DNA from: the human T2T-CHM13v2.0 reference genome, Homo sapiens
Assembly (NCBI RefSeq): GCF_009914755.1
Contig: NC_060926.1
Strand: one strand, 5' to 3'
DNA: 64,000 nt
A program made the position numbers and the translations under genes. Below are positions 1-20,260 of the stretch, one piece after another. Numbering within the stretch: the first letter of the stretch is position 1; every line of letters begins with the position of its first letter. A model generated the notes under the pieces. The model made no database searches. It was not told the DNA's origin and saw only the letters and a program-made list of their open reading frames with translations.

Positions 1-94
1 TGAAATAAATTGTTTTAAAAAGAGGTTTTATTTATGTAAATGAAACTTGTTTTTTTAAGTTAGTTCAGTGTTTTTGATCAGTTACTCCAAATGA

Positions 95-277
<183 letters not shown>

Positions 278-527
278 TAAGTAAATTATGGGCAACTTCT
301 TATACATCTTTTGTTCTTGCATGTGTGTTTCTTATCATGTGTCCGTCTCAGTCTTATCGTCAATGAAAACATTTGATTCTGCATTTTTTGGGCCAGCCAC
401 AGAGCTAAAATAAAGACTCTGCCCTCAAGAAACTAGTTTTGTTAGAACATTTTGGTAACTACTCTCAGTCAGGAAATATGTTCTATAAGAACATTTAATT
501 GCTCTTTCTGTTAAATTAGAACTCTAA

Positions 528-791
<264 letters not shown>

Positions 792-1205
792 TAAAATTGC
801 ATTCTAAATGCAAAAGACAAGAAAAGAAATAAAACCCAGATGCAGTTTGTCTGAGTTGCCCAGTAAAGAATCTTTAGGTGGCTAACCTATGCCTTTTAGC
901 ATGTGAAGTAGTCTGTGCCAAATAGAACAGTATATACTTATCCGGCGTTAGTGAATGTTAACTAGTAATTCACACATCCTGGTGTTAGTTAAGGGGTCAG
1001 ATTTTAAAAATTGATTTCCCCTGAAGGAGTGGGACAGCGAAGGTTAAGGGGGAACAGCCCTGTCTTCCTACTTAGGAAGGAACCAGCAGAGTCTGACATG
1101 CAGACGTGTCTTTCTAATTTCAGGGCTATTTGTGAAGTCTGCTCTGCCTCAGAGACTCCCTGATTGGCCCCTTTTCTGAGAGGATGTGCTATCTCTGCAG
1201 TGTAG

Positions 1206-1421
<216 letters not shown>

Positions 1422-1692
1422 TGACTACCGTATCAGCTTATCTTAATGAGGAGATGGCTGATGAATACCAAGCTGCAGGGAAAGGAGAGCTATGAAGCTG
1501 GATGCCACTCAGAGCACACCAGTCACTGCAGCAGAAGGTTGTTTCTGGGGAACATTTTCTTGTTGAGCATCTGATGTTTGCCAGTGAGTCATCACTGCCT
1601 CTGGCCCTAGTGTTAACTGAGGATTCTAGCCAAGAAGTCACCTGAGAGTTAGCTAATGGGCCTGTGAGAGGCAAAGAGATGATTGCTGACTA

Positions 1693-2367
<675 letters not shown>

Positions 2368-2631
2368 TTAATTTAAGGATTGGAGAGAGGAGAAATGCTA
2401 GAGTTTGAGCCTGAGCTCAAATGCAGTTACCACCAAGCTAGCAGGTGCTTTCTCTGGTTCTAGTGATATGAAAATAGTCCACCCTAAAAATCCTCAAATG
2501 AGGCTGACTTCCTGTGGCAAGGACTTTGGTGGTATCAATTTGACCTCAACCATGCTTTCTAAAATTGGGAAAATTGGTGACTACTATTAAATTCAGTAAT
2601 GCTTTTTGCTTAAAAATGTTAGTGAATGAGA

Positions 2632-2916
2632 GTGGGCGTGGTGGCTCACACCTGTAATCCCAGCACGTTGGGAGGCTGAGGCAGGCAGATCACTTGAGAC
2701 CAGGAGTTTGAGACCAGCCTGGCCAACAAGGCAAAACCCTGTCTCTACTAAAAATACAAAAAAAATTAACCAGGTGCGGTGGCGCACACCTGTAATCCCA
2801 GCTACTCGGGTGACTGAGGCATGAGAATTGCTTGAACCTCGTAGGTGGAGGTTGCCAAGATTGCACCACTGCATTTCAGCCTGGGTGACAGAGTGAGACT
2901 CTGTCTCATAAAAAAG
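2632..2916 (+). mobile_element. Alu (AluJ/S)
   Basis: Dimeric Alu, TSD gttagtgaatg. Confidence 0.95.
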
Positions 2917-4317
2917 TTAGTGAATGTTACATGGCCAAGGCAAATGCTGTGAATATGTTTGAGATAAAAACATAGCATTATTATTTTGCTTGTCTGATTT
3001 CATTCGTCTTAATGTAGACTAAGTGTAAGTTCATGGTGCTGAAAGATACTTGTTCATTAGAGACTTTCTATGAAGCCAAATGATAGTGCTTATAGAGAAT
3101 CTCATTTTGTGGTATAAATTGATTTTTAAAATATGTGTTCTTTTAACACTATGCTTTTTTAAAAAGTCAGGTTAATTGTTATAATTTACATACAGTGAAA
3201 TTCACCCTTTTTTAGTGTATAGTTCTATGAATTTTGACACATAAAATCATGTAACCACCACCACAATCAAAATATAGAACATTTTTGTCACCCTGAGGAA
3301 GTTCCCTTGTGCCCTTTTGTAATCAATGCCTTCTTCCACCTCCTTCCCCTGGCAACCACAGATCTGTGTTTTTGTCCCTGTAGTTATAAATTATCCAGAG
3401 TGTCATATAAATAGAATCATACAGTATGTAGCATTTTAAATTTAATTTTTTTCATTTAGCATAAGGCATTTGAGATTCATCCATGTTGTGTGTCAGTAAT
3501 CTGCTCCATTGCCTGGATGTATCAGTTTCTTTATCCATTCACCAACTGAAGGACATTTGGTTTGTTTCCTGATTTTGGCAGTTAATAAAGCCTATATAAA
3601 TATTCAGATATGCACATATGTATTTCTGTTGGGTAAATATCAAGAGTTGGATTTCTGGTTCCTGTGATAAATGTATGTTTAGCATAATAACAAACTGCTC
3701 AGCTGTTTTTCAAACAATCTGTACCATCTTACATTTCTGTTAGTAATTCATGAGTTCCAGTTTCTCTACATTCTCACTAGCACTTGGTTGTCAGTTTTTT
3801 AGTTTTATCTATTAGAATTTGTGTGTAGCAGCGTGTCACTGTGGTTGTAATTTGCATTTCTCCAATGACTAATAATATTGAGCTTCTTTTCATGCACTTA
3901 TTTGCCATTACAAATTGAAGTATCTCATCAAATCTTTTAACCATTTTAAATTCAGTTGTTTTTCTGGAGTTTTCAGAGGTTTTAAAACATATTCTTATAA
4001 TCTTAAAAATATTTTTACTGTTTGTATATATACAAGTCTTTTGTCAGATATGTGTTTTATAGATCTCTTCTTCCATTTTATGACTTTTTTCATTTTCTTT
4101 CAAAGAGCAGAAGTTTTAAATTTTAATGAAGACTAATGATCAATTTAAAAAATTTTGTGGATCATACTTTTTGAATTTTTGCCTAACCTAGGATCACCAC
4201 AATTTTCATTTTTGTTGTCCTCTAGAAGTCTTATAGTTTTAGGTTTTATAGTAAGTCTGTGATCCATTTCAAGTTAATTTTTATGTATCATGCAAGGTAT
4301 TGTTCAGGGTTCATTTC

Positions 4318-4614
4318 ATTTTTTTTTCAGGGTCTCACTCTGTCACTCAGGCTGCAGGGCGGTGACACAATCACAGCTCACTGCAGCCTCCACCCCCCCA
4401 GGCTCAGGTTATCCTCCCACCCACCTCAGCCTCCTGAGTAGCTGGGACTGCAGATGCATGCCACCACACTCAGCTAATTTTTTTATTTTTTGTAGAGACG
4501 GAGTTTTGTTATGTTGCCTGGCCAGTCTCGAACTCCTGGGCTCAAGCAATCTGCCCAGATATCTCAGCCTCCCAAATTGCTGGGATTACAGGCGTGAGCC
4601 ACCATGCCCAGCCT
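4318..4614 (-). mobile_element. AluJ
   Basis: Antisense Alu with the ctcctgggctcaagc AluJ pattern. Confidence 0.9.
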
Positions 4615-6609
4615 AGTACCTTTTTAAATTTCTCCATTGGTGGGCTTTCAGGTTGTTTCAACTTTTTGGGTATTAATGATTCTGTGAGCATTCGTATACA
4701 ATTTTTTTGTGTAAACATATGTTTTCAGTTGTCCGAGGTATAACCTAGGAGTGGAACTACTGGGTCATGTGATTACTCCATGTTTATCATTTTGAGAAAC
4801 TGCCAAACTCTTTTCCAAAGTGGCTACACCATTTTACAATCCCACCAGCAATGTTTGAGAGTTCCAGTGTCTCCACATCCTTACTAACACTTGTTATTGT
4901 TCACATTTTTAAAATACCCATCCTAGTGGGTGTGAAATATCTCACTGTGGTTTTTTAATTGAGGTGAAATTCACATAATATAAAATTAGCCATTTTAAAG
5001 TGAACAATTCAGTGGTATTCAGTACATTTGCAGTGTGGTGCCACCACTGCCTCTGTCTAGATTCAAAATATTTTCATCACCCCAAAAGGAAACCCTGTAC
5101 TAGTTAAGCAGTCACTCCCCATTCCCTCCTTCTCCCAGCCCCTGACAACAACTAGTTGACATTCTGTCTCTATGGATTTACCTATTCTGGATATTTTATA
5201 TAAATATAATCATACAATATTTGATTTTTTGTGTGTGGCTTCTTTTACTTAGCATGATGCTTTTGGGGTTCTTCAACATTGTAGTATGTATCAGTACTTC
5301 ATTTTATGGCTGAGTAATGGTGATTGTATGTATGTATGTGCACGCACACACACATACACACACACCAAATTTGTTTATCTGTCCATCTGTCAAAGAACAT
5401 TTACACTGTTTTTACCTTTTAGCTATTGTGACTAGTGCTGCTGTGAACCTGTATATACATATATTTCAGTACCTCTTTTCAATTCTTTGTGATATATATA
5501 TCTAACAGTGGAATTTCTGGGTCACATGGTAATTTTATGCTTAACTCTGAGGAATCACCAGTTTTCCACAGCACTAAACCATTTTACATTCTCACCAGCG
5601 ATGTACAAAAGTTCCAGTTTCTCCACATCCTCACAAACACTTATTTTGTGTTTGATTATAGCCATCCTAATGGGTGTGAAGTGGTACCTCATTGTGGTTT
5701 TGATTTGTATTTCCATAGTAACTAATGACGTTAAGCAGCTTCTTGTGTGCTTACTGGCCATTTATATATCTTCTTTGGAGAAATGTCTATTCAGATCCTT
5801 TGTCTATTTTTAAAAGGGATTATCTTTTAATTATCAACTTGTATGAGTTTTTTACATATTTTAGATACTACAACCTTATCAGATATGATTTGCAGGTATT
5901 TTCTCCCATTCTGTGGGTTGTATTTTTACATTGATAATGTCCTTTGATGCATAAAAGTTTTAAAAATTTTAAGTTTGGTTTATCTGTGTTTCCTTGGATT
6001 GTTTGTGTTTGAGTATTATAGTTGAGAAACTCTTGCCTAACTCAAGATCATATAGATTTATACCTATTTTATATTTTAAAATTTTTTTTATAGTTTTATG
6101 TATTAATTTAGGTCTTTGATCCACTTTGAGTTTATTTTATATGTGCTATGAGGTAAGGGTTTGACTTCATTATTTTGGCTACAGATATACAATTGTCCGA
6201 GTACTGTTCGTTGAAAAGATCATTCATTCTTTCTATGGAATAGTTTTCACTCCCCTGTCAAAAATCAATTAATCATAGATATGTAAGTTTATTTCTAGAC
6301 TCTTAATTATCTTGCATTGATCTATATGTCTGTCGTTATGCTAATACCACACAGTCTTGATTACTATTGTTTTGTAGGAAGTTTTGACGTCTAAATGTGA
6401 ATCTTCCAACTTTTTTTTTTGTTGTTATTTTTTAAAGATTGTTTTAGCCATTCTGGGTCATTGCATTTCTATATGAATTTTAGGACCAGACTCTCCATTT
6501 CTGTAAAAAAGAACAGCTGGAATTTTGGTAAGGTTTACATTGAATCTGTAGATCAATTTGAAGAGTATTACAATCTCAATAATACAATTTGTTGTATATT
6601 TTCTGTATA

Positions 6610-6813
6610 AAGTATGTCCTCACTTAATGTCATCAGTAGGTTCTTAGGTTTCAATTTCAAGTGAAACGACATACAGCAGGTCCTTGAATAACATCATTTC
6701 ATTCAGTGTTGTGTTATGATGTTGATAAGAAAAAAATGGATTTTGTTATGCATTATCATTTCACTTGAAGTTGCAGTCTCCAAGAACCTATCAATGACAG
6801 TGAGGACTACTGT
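6610..6813. mobile_element. MER6B-like TcMar-Tigger MITE
   Basis: Inverted termini gtcctcact...taggttctt / aagaaccta...agtgaggac and internal cagcaggtccttgaataac. Confidence 0.75.
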
Positions 6814-9591
6814 ATAAGATAGTGTCATCACTATAACTATCTCTATAAACTATATCTCTATAAATTATCTCTATTTGTAATAGAGATAGTTATTTTTTGT
6901 AGAGATGGAGTTTTGTTCTGTTGCCTGGCTGGTCTCGAACTCCTGGGCTCTCTATTTGCTATGTCTATTTGTAATACAGATAGTTTCACTTCTTCCTTTC
7001 CAATTTGGCTGCCTTTTATTTCATTTTCGTATATAATTGCCTGATAGAATCTCCAGTGCAGTATTGAATAGAATTGGTGAGAGCAGACATCTCTGTCTTG
7101 TTTCTGATCTTCGGGGGAAAGCTTTTAGTTTGTCACCATTAAGTATGATGTCAACTGTGGGGTTTTTTCAATGCTGTTCATCAGGATTAGAAAATTCCCC
7201 TCTATTCTCAGTTTGTTGGGAATTTTTGTCATGAAAATATGTTGAATTTTGTTAAATGCTTTTGCTGTGTCTATTGAGATGATCTTGTGGGTTTTGTTCT
7301 TTGTTCTATTACTATGGTGTATTACAGTGATTGACTTGAAATGGAAAACTAAGCTTGCATTCCTTGGATAAATTTTATTTGGTCATGTTGTCCTTTTTAT
7401 ATGTTGTTGCATTAGGCTTGCTAGTATTTTGTTAAGATTTTTTGCATCTATATTCATAAGGGATACTGTTCTGTAGTTTTATTTTCTTGTAATCTTTTTG
7501 GTTTTGGTATCAAGATAATATTGGTCTCTTAAAACCATTTGGTAAGTATTCCCTCCATTTCTATTGTTGGGAAGAGTTTGTGAGGGATTGGGGTTAATTC
7601 TTCTTTAAATATTTTGTAGCATTTACCAGTGAAGCCATCTGGTTCTGGGCTTTCTTGTATGTAGAAGGTTTTGTTTCTTTGTTTGGTTTATTATTTTTAT
7701 TCTTATAGGTCTATGCAGATTTTCTACCTTTATTTGAGTCAGTTTCAGTAGTTTGGTTCTTTCTAGGAATTTGTCCATTTCATCTAGGCTATCTAATTTG
7801 TTAGCATACTATTTTCAGAGTAGCCCCTTGTCTTTCTTTCTGTAAGGTCAGTAGCAGAGTTCTCTCTCTGACTGCTAATTTTAATAATTTGTGTCTCCTG
7901 TATTTTGTTCTTGGTTAGTCCAGCTAAAGGTTTGTCAATTTTGTTGATCTTTCTAGAGAACCAACTTGTGGAAGTTTTTATAGATTTTTCTCTATCTTAT
8001 TTCTGCGTTAATCTTGTTACCTTCTTTATGTTTGCTTGGGGTTTAATTTGCTTTTCTTTGTCTAGTTTCTAAAAAAAAGCTTAGGTTATTGATTGAGAAA
8101 TATTTCATTTTTTAAATGTAAGTGCCTATAGGAGTCACTCTGAACCTATTCTGGTTCAGGGGAGTGCCCATAAAAAAATAAAAAATAAGTTTCTGCAGCT
8201 ATAAATTTCCCTCTCTGCACTGCTTTAGCTGCATATGAGATGTTTTGTTATTTTGTGTTTTCATTTTTGTTTATCTCAAACTGTTCTTTAATTTCCCTTG
8301 AGATTTCTTTTTTGACCCATTGGTTGTTTAGAAGTGACATGTTTAGTTTATTCACATATGTGAATTCCCCAAATATTCTTTTATTGATTTCTAATTTTAT
8401 TCCATTGTGGTTGGAGAACATACTTTGCATGATATCAGTCCTTTCAGATTTATTGAGAGTTGTTTTGTGGTATAACAGGGTTATACCCTGAAGAATGTTC
8501 CATGTGCATTTGAGAAAAATGTGTATTTTGCTATTATTGGGAGGATTGTTCTATAGGTGTCCGTTAGGTCTACTTGGTTTATAGTGTTGTTCATGTCTTC
8601 TGTTTCCGCATTAATCTTCTGTCCAGTTGTTCTGCTGATTAATGAAAATGGGGTATTGAAGTCTCCAACTATTACTGTTAAATTATTTATTTGTTCCTTC
8701 AATACTGTCATTTTTTGCTTCATATACTTGTGGCCTCTGTTAGGTGCATATATATTTATAAATGATACATCTTCTTGATGAGTAAACACTTTTTCAGTGT
8801 ATAATGCCCTTTATCTCACCAGTTTTTTCTTAATGTCTATTTTGTCTAATATTAGTACAATCATTCTAGCTCTTTTTAGATTACTGTTTAATTTATATGG
8901 TATATATTTTTCATCCTTTTGCTTTCAACCCCATTTGGGTATTTGGATCTAAAGTGTATATTTTATAAACAGCATATAGTTGTTTTTTTAAAAACTAATT
9001 TTGCCTATCTCTGTGCTTTGTAATTGCAGTGGTTTAATCCATTTGTATTTAATATAATTACTGTTAAGGTAGGATTTATATCTGCCATTTTGCTTTTTTT
9101 GTTTCGTTTTTTGCTTTTTGTTCCTCTATTTCTCAATTAGTGCCATCTTTTATGTTAAATATATATTTCTAGTTCACCATTTTAACTCCCTTATCATTTC
9201 TTTTATTCTGTATTTTGGTTTATAGGTAACAAAAAGAATTACAAACAAAAATATATACTACCTTTTATATACACCTATGTTGCTACCTTTACTGTTACCT
9301 TTTATTTCTTATGTGGATTCCAGATATTGTCTAGTGCCCTTTTATTTTAGCCTAAAGAACTTCCTTTAGTATTTCTTACAGCGTATGCTTTCTAGCTTCA
9401 CAATCCAAACCCCATCAAAAATGGGGACCTGGAGAAATTACTCCACGTTTTAGGTGAAGTCTGAAGAACCACATTCTCAAGAGTGTGTTTAAACTAGAAG
9501 AAAAGCTCTTGTATGAATTATTTCCATTTTTATTTATCTGGGAATGTCTTAATTTCTCTGTTGTTTTTGAGGATAGGTTTGCTGAATTTAG

Positions 9592-9922
<331 letters not shown>

Positions 9923-10529
9923 GGTTGAATGTTTTTCTTTCAGCATTTTGAATATGTCATCCCACTGCCTTCTGGCCTCAACTTTCTGATGAGAAATCAG
10001 CTGTTAATCTTACTGAGATTATCTTGTACATCAGGAGCCACTCCTCTCTTGATACTTTCAAGATTTTGTGTCTCTTGCTTTCAACAGTTTACTTATGTTT
10101 GTTTTGGGGCATGTCTTTTACACTCATTCCCACAGTTGGCAACTGTCCTTTAGCTTGCATTTCTGATATCACATGATCAACAAACTGCTGCTGGAATGCT
10201 TACACCTGTTACTGCAAATTCAAAACCCAGGAAAGACTTCTCCTGGGAATTTACTTTATGTCAGGCTTGGGCTGCCTGGTACATGGCTGCACCCACAGCT
10301 GGGCAAGTTCAACAACACAGTAGCCTTTCCACAGACTATGATTATTGTAGCTTTATAATAAATCGTGAAATTAGGTAGAGTCCTCCAACGGTGTTATTTT
10401 CCTAAAGTGTTTTAGCTATTTTAGTTCGTTTGCTTTTTCATGTATGTTTTAGAATGACCTTAATGATGTTTTGTGGGGATTTCAACTGAAATTAGAGTTA
10501 ACATCTCAGCAATATTGAATCTTCTAATA

Positions 10530-10638
10530 CAGTTAGGTTGTCACTTGATGGAGATACATTCTCAGAAATGCATCTCTGGGCAGTTTTGTTGTCGTGCAAT
10601 AGAGAGTACTTACACAAACCTCAGTGGTCACACCTAGG
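10530..10638 (+). mobile_element. Tigger3-like MITE, left half
   Basis: gatacattctcagaaatgcat...gtacttacacaaacct; split by the L1 at 10639. Confidence 0.7.
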
Positions 10639-12410
10639 TTTTTTTTTTTAACTTTTAAGTTCAGTGTACATGTGCAGGTTTGTTACATAGGTAAATGTGT
10701 GTTACGGGGATTTGTTATGCAGATTATTTCATCACCCAGATATTATTATTTTTCCTGATTCTCTCCCTCCACCCACCCTCCACCCTCTGACACACCCAGT
10801 ACTTGTTGTTCTCCTCTGTGTATCCATATATTCTCATCATTTAGCTCCCACTTATAAGAGAACATGCAACATTTGGTTTTCTGTTCCAGTGTTAGTTTGC
10901 TAAGGATAATGGCCCCCAGCTCCATCCATGATCACGAGGACGTGATCTCATTCTTTTTTATGGCTGCATAGTATTCCATGGTGTATATGTACCACATTTG
11001 CTTTATCCAGTCTATCATTGATGAGCATTTAGGTTGATTCCATGTATTTGCTGTTGTGAATAGTGCTCCAGTGAACATACACACATGCATGTATCTTTAT
11101 AATAGAATGATGTATATTCCTTTGGGTATATACCCAGTAATGAGATTGCTGGGTCAAATGGTATTTCTGTCTTCAGGAATTTGAGGAATCGCCACACTGT
11201 CTTCCACAATGGTTGAACTAATTTACACTCCCACCAACAGTGTGCAAGTGTTCCTTTTTCTCCACAACCTCACCAGCATCTGTTATTATTTGATTTTTTG
11301 ACTTTTTAATAGTAGTCATTCTGACTGGTGTGAGATGGTATCTCATTGTGGTTTTGATTTACATTTCTCTGATGTTCAGTGATGTTGAGCTTTCTTCATA
11401 TGATTCTTGGCCACATTTATGTCTTCTTTTAAGAAGTATCTGTTTATGCTTTTTGCCCACTGTTTAATGAGGTTGTCTTTTTCTTGCAAATTTAAGTTCC
11501 TTATAGATGCTGGATATTAGACCTTTGTCAGATGTATAGTCTTTCATTCTGTAGACTGTCTGTTTACTCTGGTGATAGTTTCTTTTGCTATGCAGAAGCT
11601 CTTTAGTTTAATTAGATCCCATTTGTCAATTTTTGCTTTCGTTGCGATTGCTTTTGACGTCTTTGTCATGAAATCTTTGCTCGTGCCTATGTTCTGAATA
11701 GTATTACCTAGGTTGTCTTCCAGGGTTTTTATAGTTCTGGGTTTTATATTTAAGTCCTTAAGCTATTTTGAGTTAATTTTTGTATATGGCATAGGGAAGG
11801 GGTCCAGTTTCCATCTTCTGCATATAGCTAGCCAGTTATCCCAGTCCCATTTATTTAACAGGGAATCCTTTCCCCATTGCTTGTTTTTGTCAGGTTTGTC
11901 GAAGGTCAGATAGCTGAAGGTGTGTGGTCTTATTTCTGGGTTCTCTATTCTGTTCCATTGGTCTATGTGTCTGTTCTTGTACCAGTACCATGCATGCTGT
12001 TTTGGTTACTGTAGCCCTGTAGCATAATTTGAAGTTGAGTAGCATGGTACCTCCAGCTTTGTTCTTTTTGCTTAGGATTTTCTTAGCTGTTCAGGCTCTT
12101 TTTTGGTTCCATATAAATTTTAAAATAGTATTTTCGAGTTCTGTGAAGAATGTCAATGGTAGTTTAATGGGAATAGCATTGAATCTGTAAATTGCTTTGG
12201 GCAGTATGGCCATTTTAATGACATGATTCTTCTTATCCATGAGCATGGAATGTTTTTCCATTTGTTAATGTCATCTCTCATTTCTTTGAGCAGTGTTTTG
12301 TAGTTCTTGTAGAGACCTTTCACCTACCTAGTAGCTGTATTCCTAGGTATTTTATTCTTTTTGTGGCAACTGTGAATGGGAGTTCATTCATGATTTGGCT
12401 GTCAGCTTTA

Positions 12411-14409
<1,999 letters not shown>

Positions 14410-14632
14410 CTACCTAAAACGTTTTAATTGTACATATACTTGAAGTTAATATGTAAATTCATATATGTAATTTAAAATAGGTAAATTCATATAAATACAT
14501 ATACATATAAATTCATTTGCCAGTTTTTCATGGAAAGCTAAGACCTGTGCTTTGGTTCTAGATAAGCTGATAAGAGTTCTGTATGATCTCTCTGGAATAA
14601 ATCATATCCATAGTGAATATTAAAAAAAAAAA
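14410..14632 (+). other. 3'-transduced sequence with its own AATAAA and second poly(A)
   Basis: Non-L1PA DNA, AATAAA 14596-14601, A run 14622-14632, then the TSD copy. Confidence 0.8.
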
Positions 14633-15664
14633 GAGTTACAGGATCATGTCATCTGCAAACAGGGATAGTTTGACTTCCTCTTTTTCTATTTGAATGCCCT
14701 TTATTTCTTTCTCTTTCCTGATTGCCTTGGCCAGAACTTCCAATATTGTGTTGCATAGGAGTAGTGAGAGAGGGCATGCTTGTCTTGTGCCAGTTTTCAA
14801 GGGAAATGGCTCTACCTTTTGTCAATTCAGTATGATATTGGCTGTGGGTTTGTCATAGATGGCTCTTATTATTTTGTGGTATGTTCCTTCAATACCTAGT
14901 TTATTGAGAGTTTTTAACGTGAAGGGATGTTGAATTTTATTGAAGGCCTTTTCTGCATCTATTGAGATAATCATGTGGTTTTTCTCTTTAGTTCTGTTTA
15001 TGTGATGAATCACATTTATTGATTTGCATATGTTGAACTACCTTGCATCCCAGGGATGTAGCCTACTTGATCATGGCAGATAAGCTTTCGATATGCTGCT
15101 GGATTCAGTTTGCCAGTATTTCACTGAGGATTTTTGCATCAATGTTCATCAAGGATATTGGCCTGAAGTTTTCTTTTTTTGTCATTGTATCTCTGCCAGG
15201 TTTTGGTATCAGGATGCTGCTGGCCTCATAGAATAAGTTACAGAGTAGTCACTCCTTTTCAATTTTTTGGAATCATTTCAGTAGAAATGGTACCAGCTCT
15301 TCTTTGTACCTGTGATAGAATTCAGCTGTGAATCTGTCTGATGCTGGCTTTTTCTGGTTGCTAGGCTATTTGTTACTGCCTCAATTTCTGAACTCGTTAT
15401 TAGTCTGTTCAGGGATTCAATTTCTTCTTCCTGGTTAAGTCTTGGGAGGGTGTATATATCTAGGAATTTATCTGTTTCTTCTGTATTTTCTAGTTTATGT
15501 ACATAGAGGTGTTTTTAATATTCTCTGATGGTTGTTTGTATTTCTGTGGGGTCAGTGGTAATATCTCCTTTATCATTTCTGATTGTGTTTATTTGAAACT
15601 ACTCTCTTTTCTTTATTAGTCTAGCTAGAAGTCTATCTATTTTTTTTTTTTAAAAACAGCTCCC

Positions 15665-16436
<772 letters not shown>

Positions 16437-17202
16437 TGAGATCTAATTTTTTGATGTGGGAATTTAGTGCTATACATTTTCCTCTTCATAGTGCCTTAGC
16501 AGTGTCCCAGAGATTCAGGTATGTTATCTCTTTTTTCTCATTAGTTTTAAATAACCTATTGAATTTTGCCTTAATTTCATTACTTACCCAGGAGTCATTC
16601 AGGAGCAGGTTGTTCAATTTCCATGTAGTTGTGTGGTTTTGAATGGATTTCTTAGTCTTGAATTCTAATTTGATCGTGTTGTGGTCCAAGAGACTGTTAT
16701 AATTTCCGTTCTTTCACATTTGCTGAGGAGTGTTTTGCTTCCAATTATGTGATCAATTTTAGAGTAAGTGCCAAGTGGCAATGAGAAGAATGTATATTTG
16801 TTGTTTTGGGGTGGGGAGATCTGTAAATACCTGTCACTTCCATTTGATCTAGTGCTGAGTTCAGATCCTGAATATCTTTGTTCATTTTGTGTCTCCATGA
16901 TCTAATATTGTCAGTGGAATGCTAAAATCTCCCACTGTTATTGTGTGGGAGTCTGTCTCTTTGAAGGTCTCTAAGAACTTGCTTTGTGAATCTGGGTGCT
17001 CCTGTGTTGGATGCATATATATTTAAGATATAATTCTTGTTGAATTGAACTCTCTACCATTATGTAATGCCCTTCTTTGTCTTTTTTTGTCTTTATTGGT
17101 TCAAAGTCTGGTTTTTCAGAAACTAGGATTGCAACCCCTGCTTTTTTCTGTTTTCCATTTGCTTGGTAGATTCTCCTCCATTATTTTGAGCCCCTGACAT
17201 GT

Positions 17203-17293
17203 CTAGGTTATATAGTGTAGCTTGTTGCTCCAACCATTGTTGTGTATGTGGTCCGTCATTGACTGAAACATTGTTATGCAACACATGTCGGTA
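17203..17293 (+). mobile_element. Tigger3-like MITE, right half
   Basis: gtggtccgtcattgactgaaacattgttatgc terminal motif. Confidence 0.7.
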
Positions 17294-17294
17294 A

Positions 17295-18428
<1,134 letters not shown>

Positions 18429-18584
18429 TAGTAAAGGGGAACTATATAATTTACGATATCCCTTTTGCTGAGGGCAACTAGAAAAACTCAGAAAATGGAA
18501 AAGAGAGAAAAAGGGTTCTTTTTAGAAAAAATGTTAGACCCACAAACCACACAGAGAAAAGGGTTCTTAAAAACATTATAGAGT

Positions 18585-19183
<599 letters not shown>

Positions 19184-19564
19184 TAAATAGCAATTAATGA
19201 CTAATGAGTTCAGAAATAACAACAACCAGAGGTCAGGAGATGGGTTTTCTTTGTGTTTTCATAATTATTAAAAATCTAAGCAGAGATTCTTACAGTATTC
19301 AAACAATAGTGATTTGAGAAACCAAGAATTTAAGGGATTTATTAAACATTTGCCTTCACAATCTGTGTTACTGAAAAATACAAATATATCTGATGTTTTA
19401 AAATAGTTCCTCTTCCATAAATTATGAGCAAGAAACTTGTATTTTTTTTCTCATCAGACAGTTTCCTCCATTAGGCAATCAGTAATAAGTCTGATTTCTG
19501 AAAGCTATTTGACAAGGTCAGTGCATTACAAATAAGTGGTACAGTTCTTAAAATACCTTCTCCA

Positions 19565-19831
19565 GGTGGGGCGCGGTGGCTCACACCTGTAATCCCAGCA
19601 CTTTGGGAGGCCGAGGCAGGTGGATCACGAGGAAAGGAGATTGAGACCATCCTGGCTAACACGGTGAAACCCTGTCACTACTAAAAATAGAAAAAATTAG
19701 CCGGGCGTGGTGGCGGATGCCTGTAGTTCCAGCTACTCGGGAGGCGGAGCTTGCAGTGAGCCAAGATCAGGCCACTGCACTCCAACCTGGGCGACAGAGC
19801 GAGATTCCGTCTCAAAAAAAAAAAAAAAAAA
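19565..19831 (+). mobile_element. AluY-like with a right-arm internal deletion
   Basis: ctactcgggaggcggagcttgc: the segment between two gggaggc repeats is missing. Confidence 0.9.
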
Positions 19832-20104
19832 TCTTCTCCAAGTAAAGGGGATTTAAAGATATGGTCATTCTGTTAAGTAGCTAATAATTTTCTTGTGTGC
19901 TTTCGAATACATGAAAAAGTATTACTTACTTGCTTTTAAGCATGCAAATAATCTTTGAAAATTCCTAGAAGACCCCGATGTGACTCTGTTTTAACCTGAG
20001 CTAAAGTCTTTCAAACTGTTATAAGCTGCTCATTACTTCAACTATGAAAAATTATACAGACTAAGTCTAAATCTTCTTATATGGTCATGGTTTTCAAGCC
20101 AGAT

Positions 20105-20260
20105 TTCCTACTTTTCAGTTTTGGCTGTGACCTCGGGTATGATCCTTAACTTCTCTGAGCCTCAGTTTCTTAATCTGTCAAAATGAGGATAATAATGCTA
20201 TAACTGTGGATGTTTGAGCTTAAGTAAATTAATACACACAGAACATGTAGCAGATAGCTA
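20105..20260 (+). mobile_element. MIR fragment
   Basis: cttaacttctctgagcctcagtttcttaatctgt core. Confidence 0.65.
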
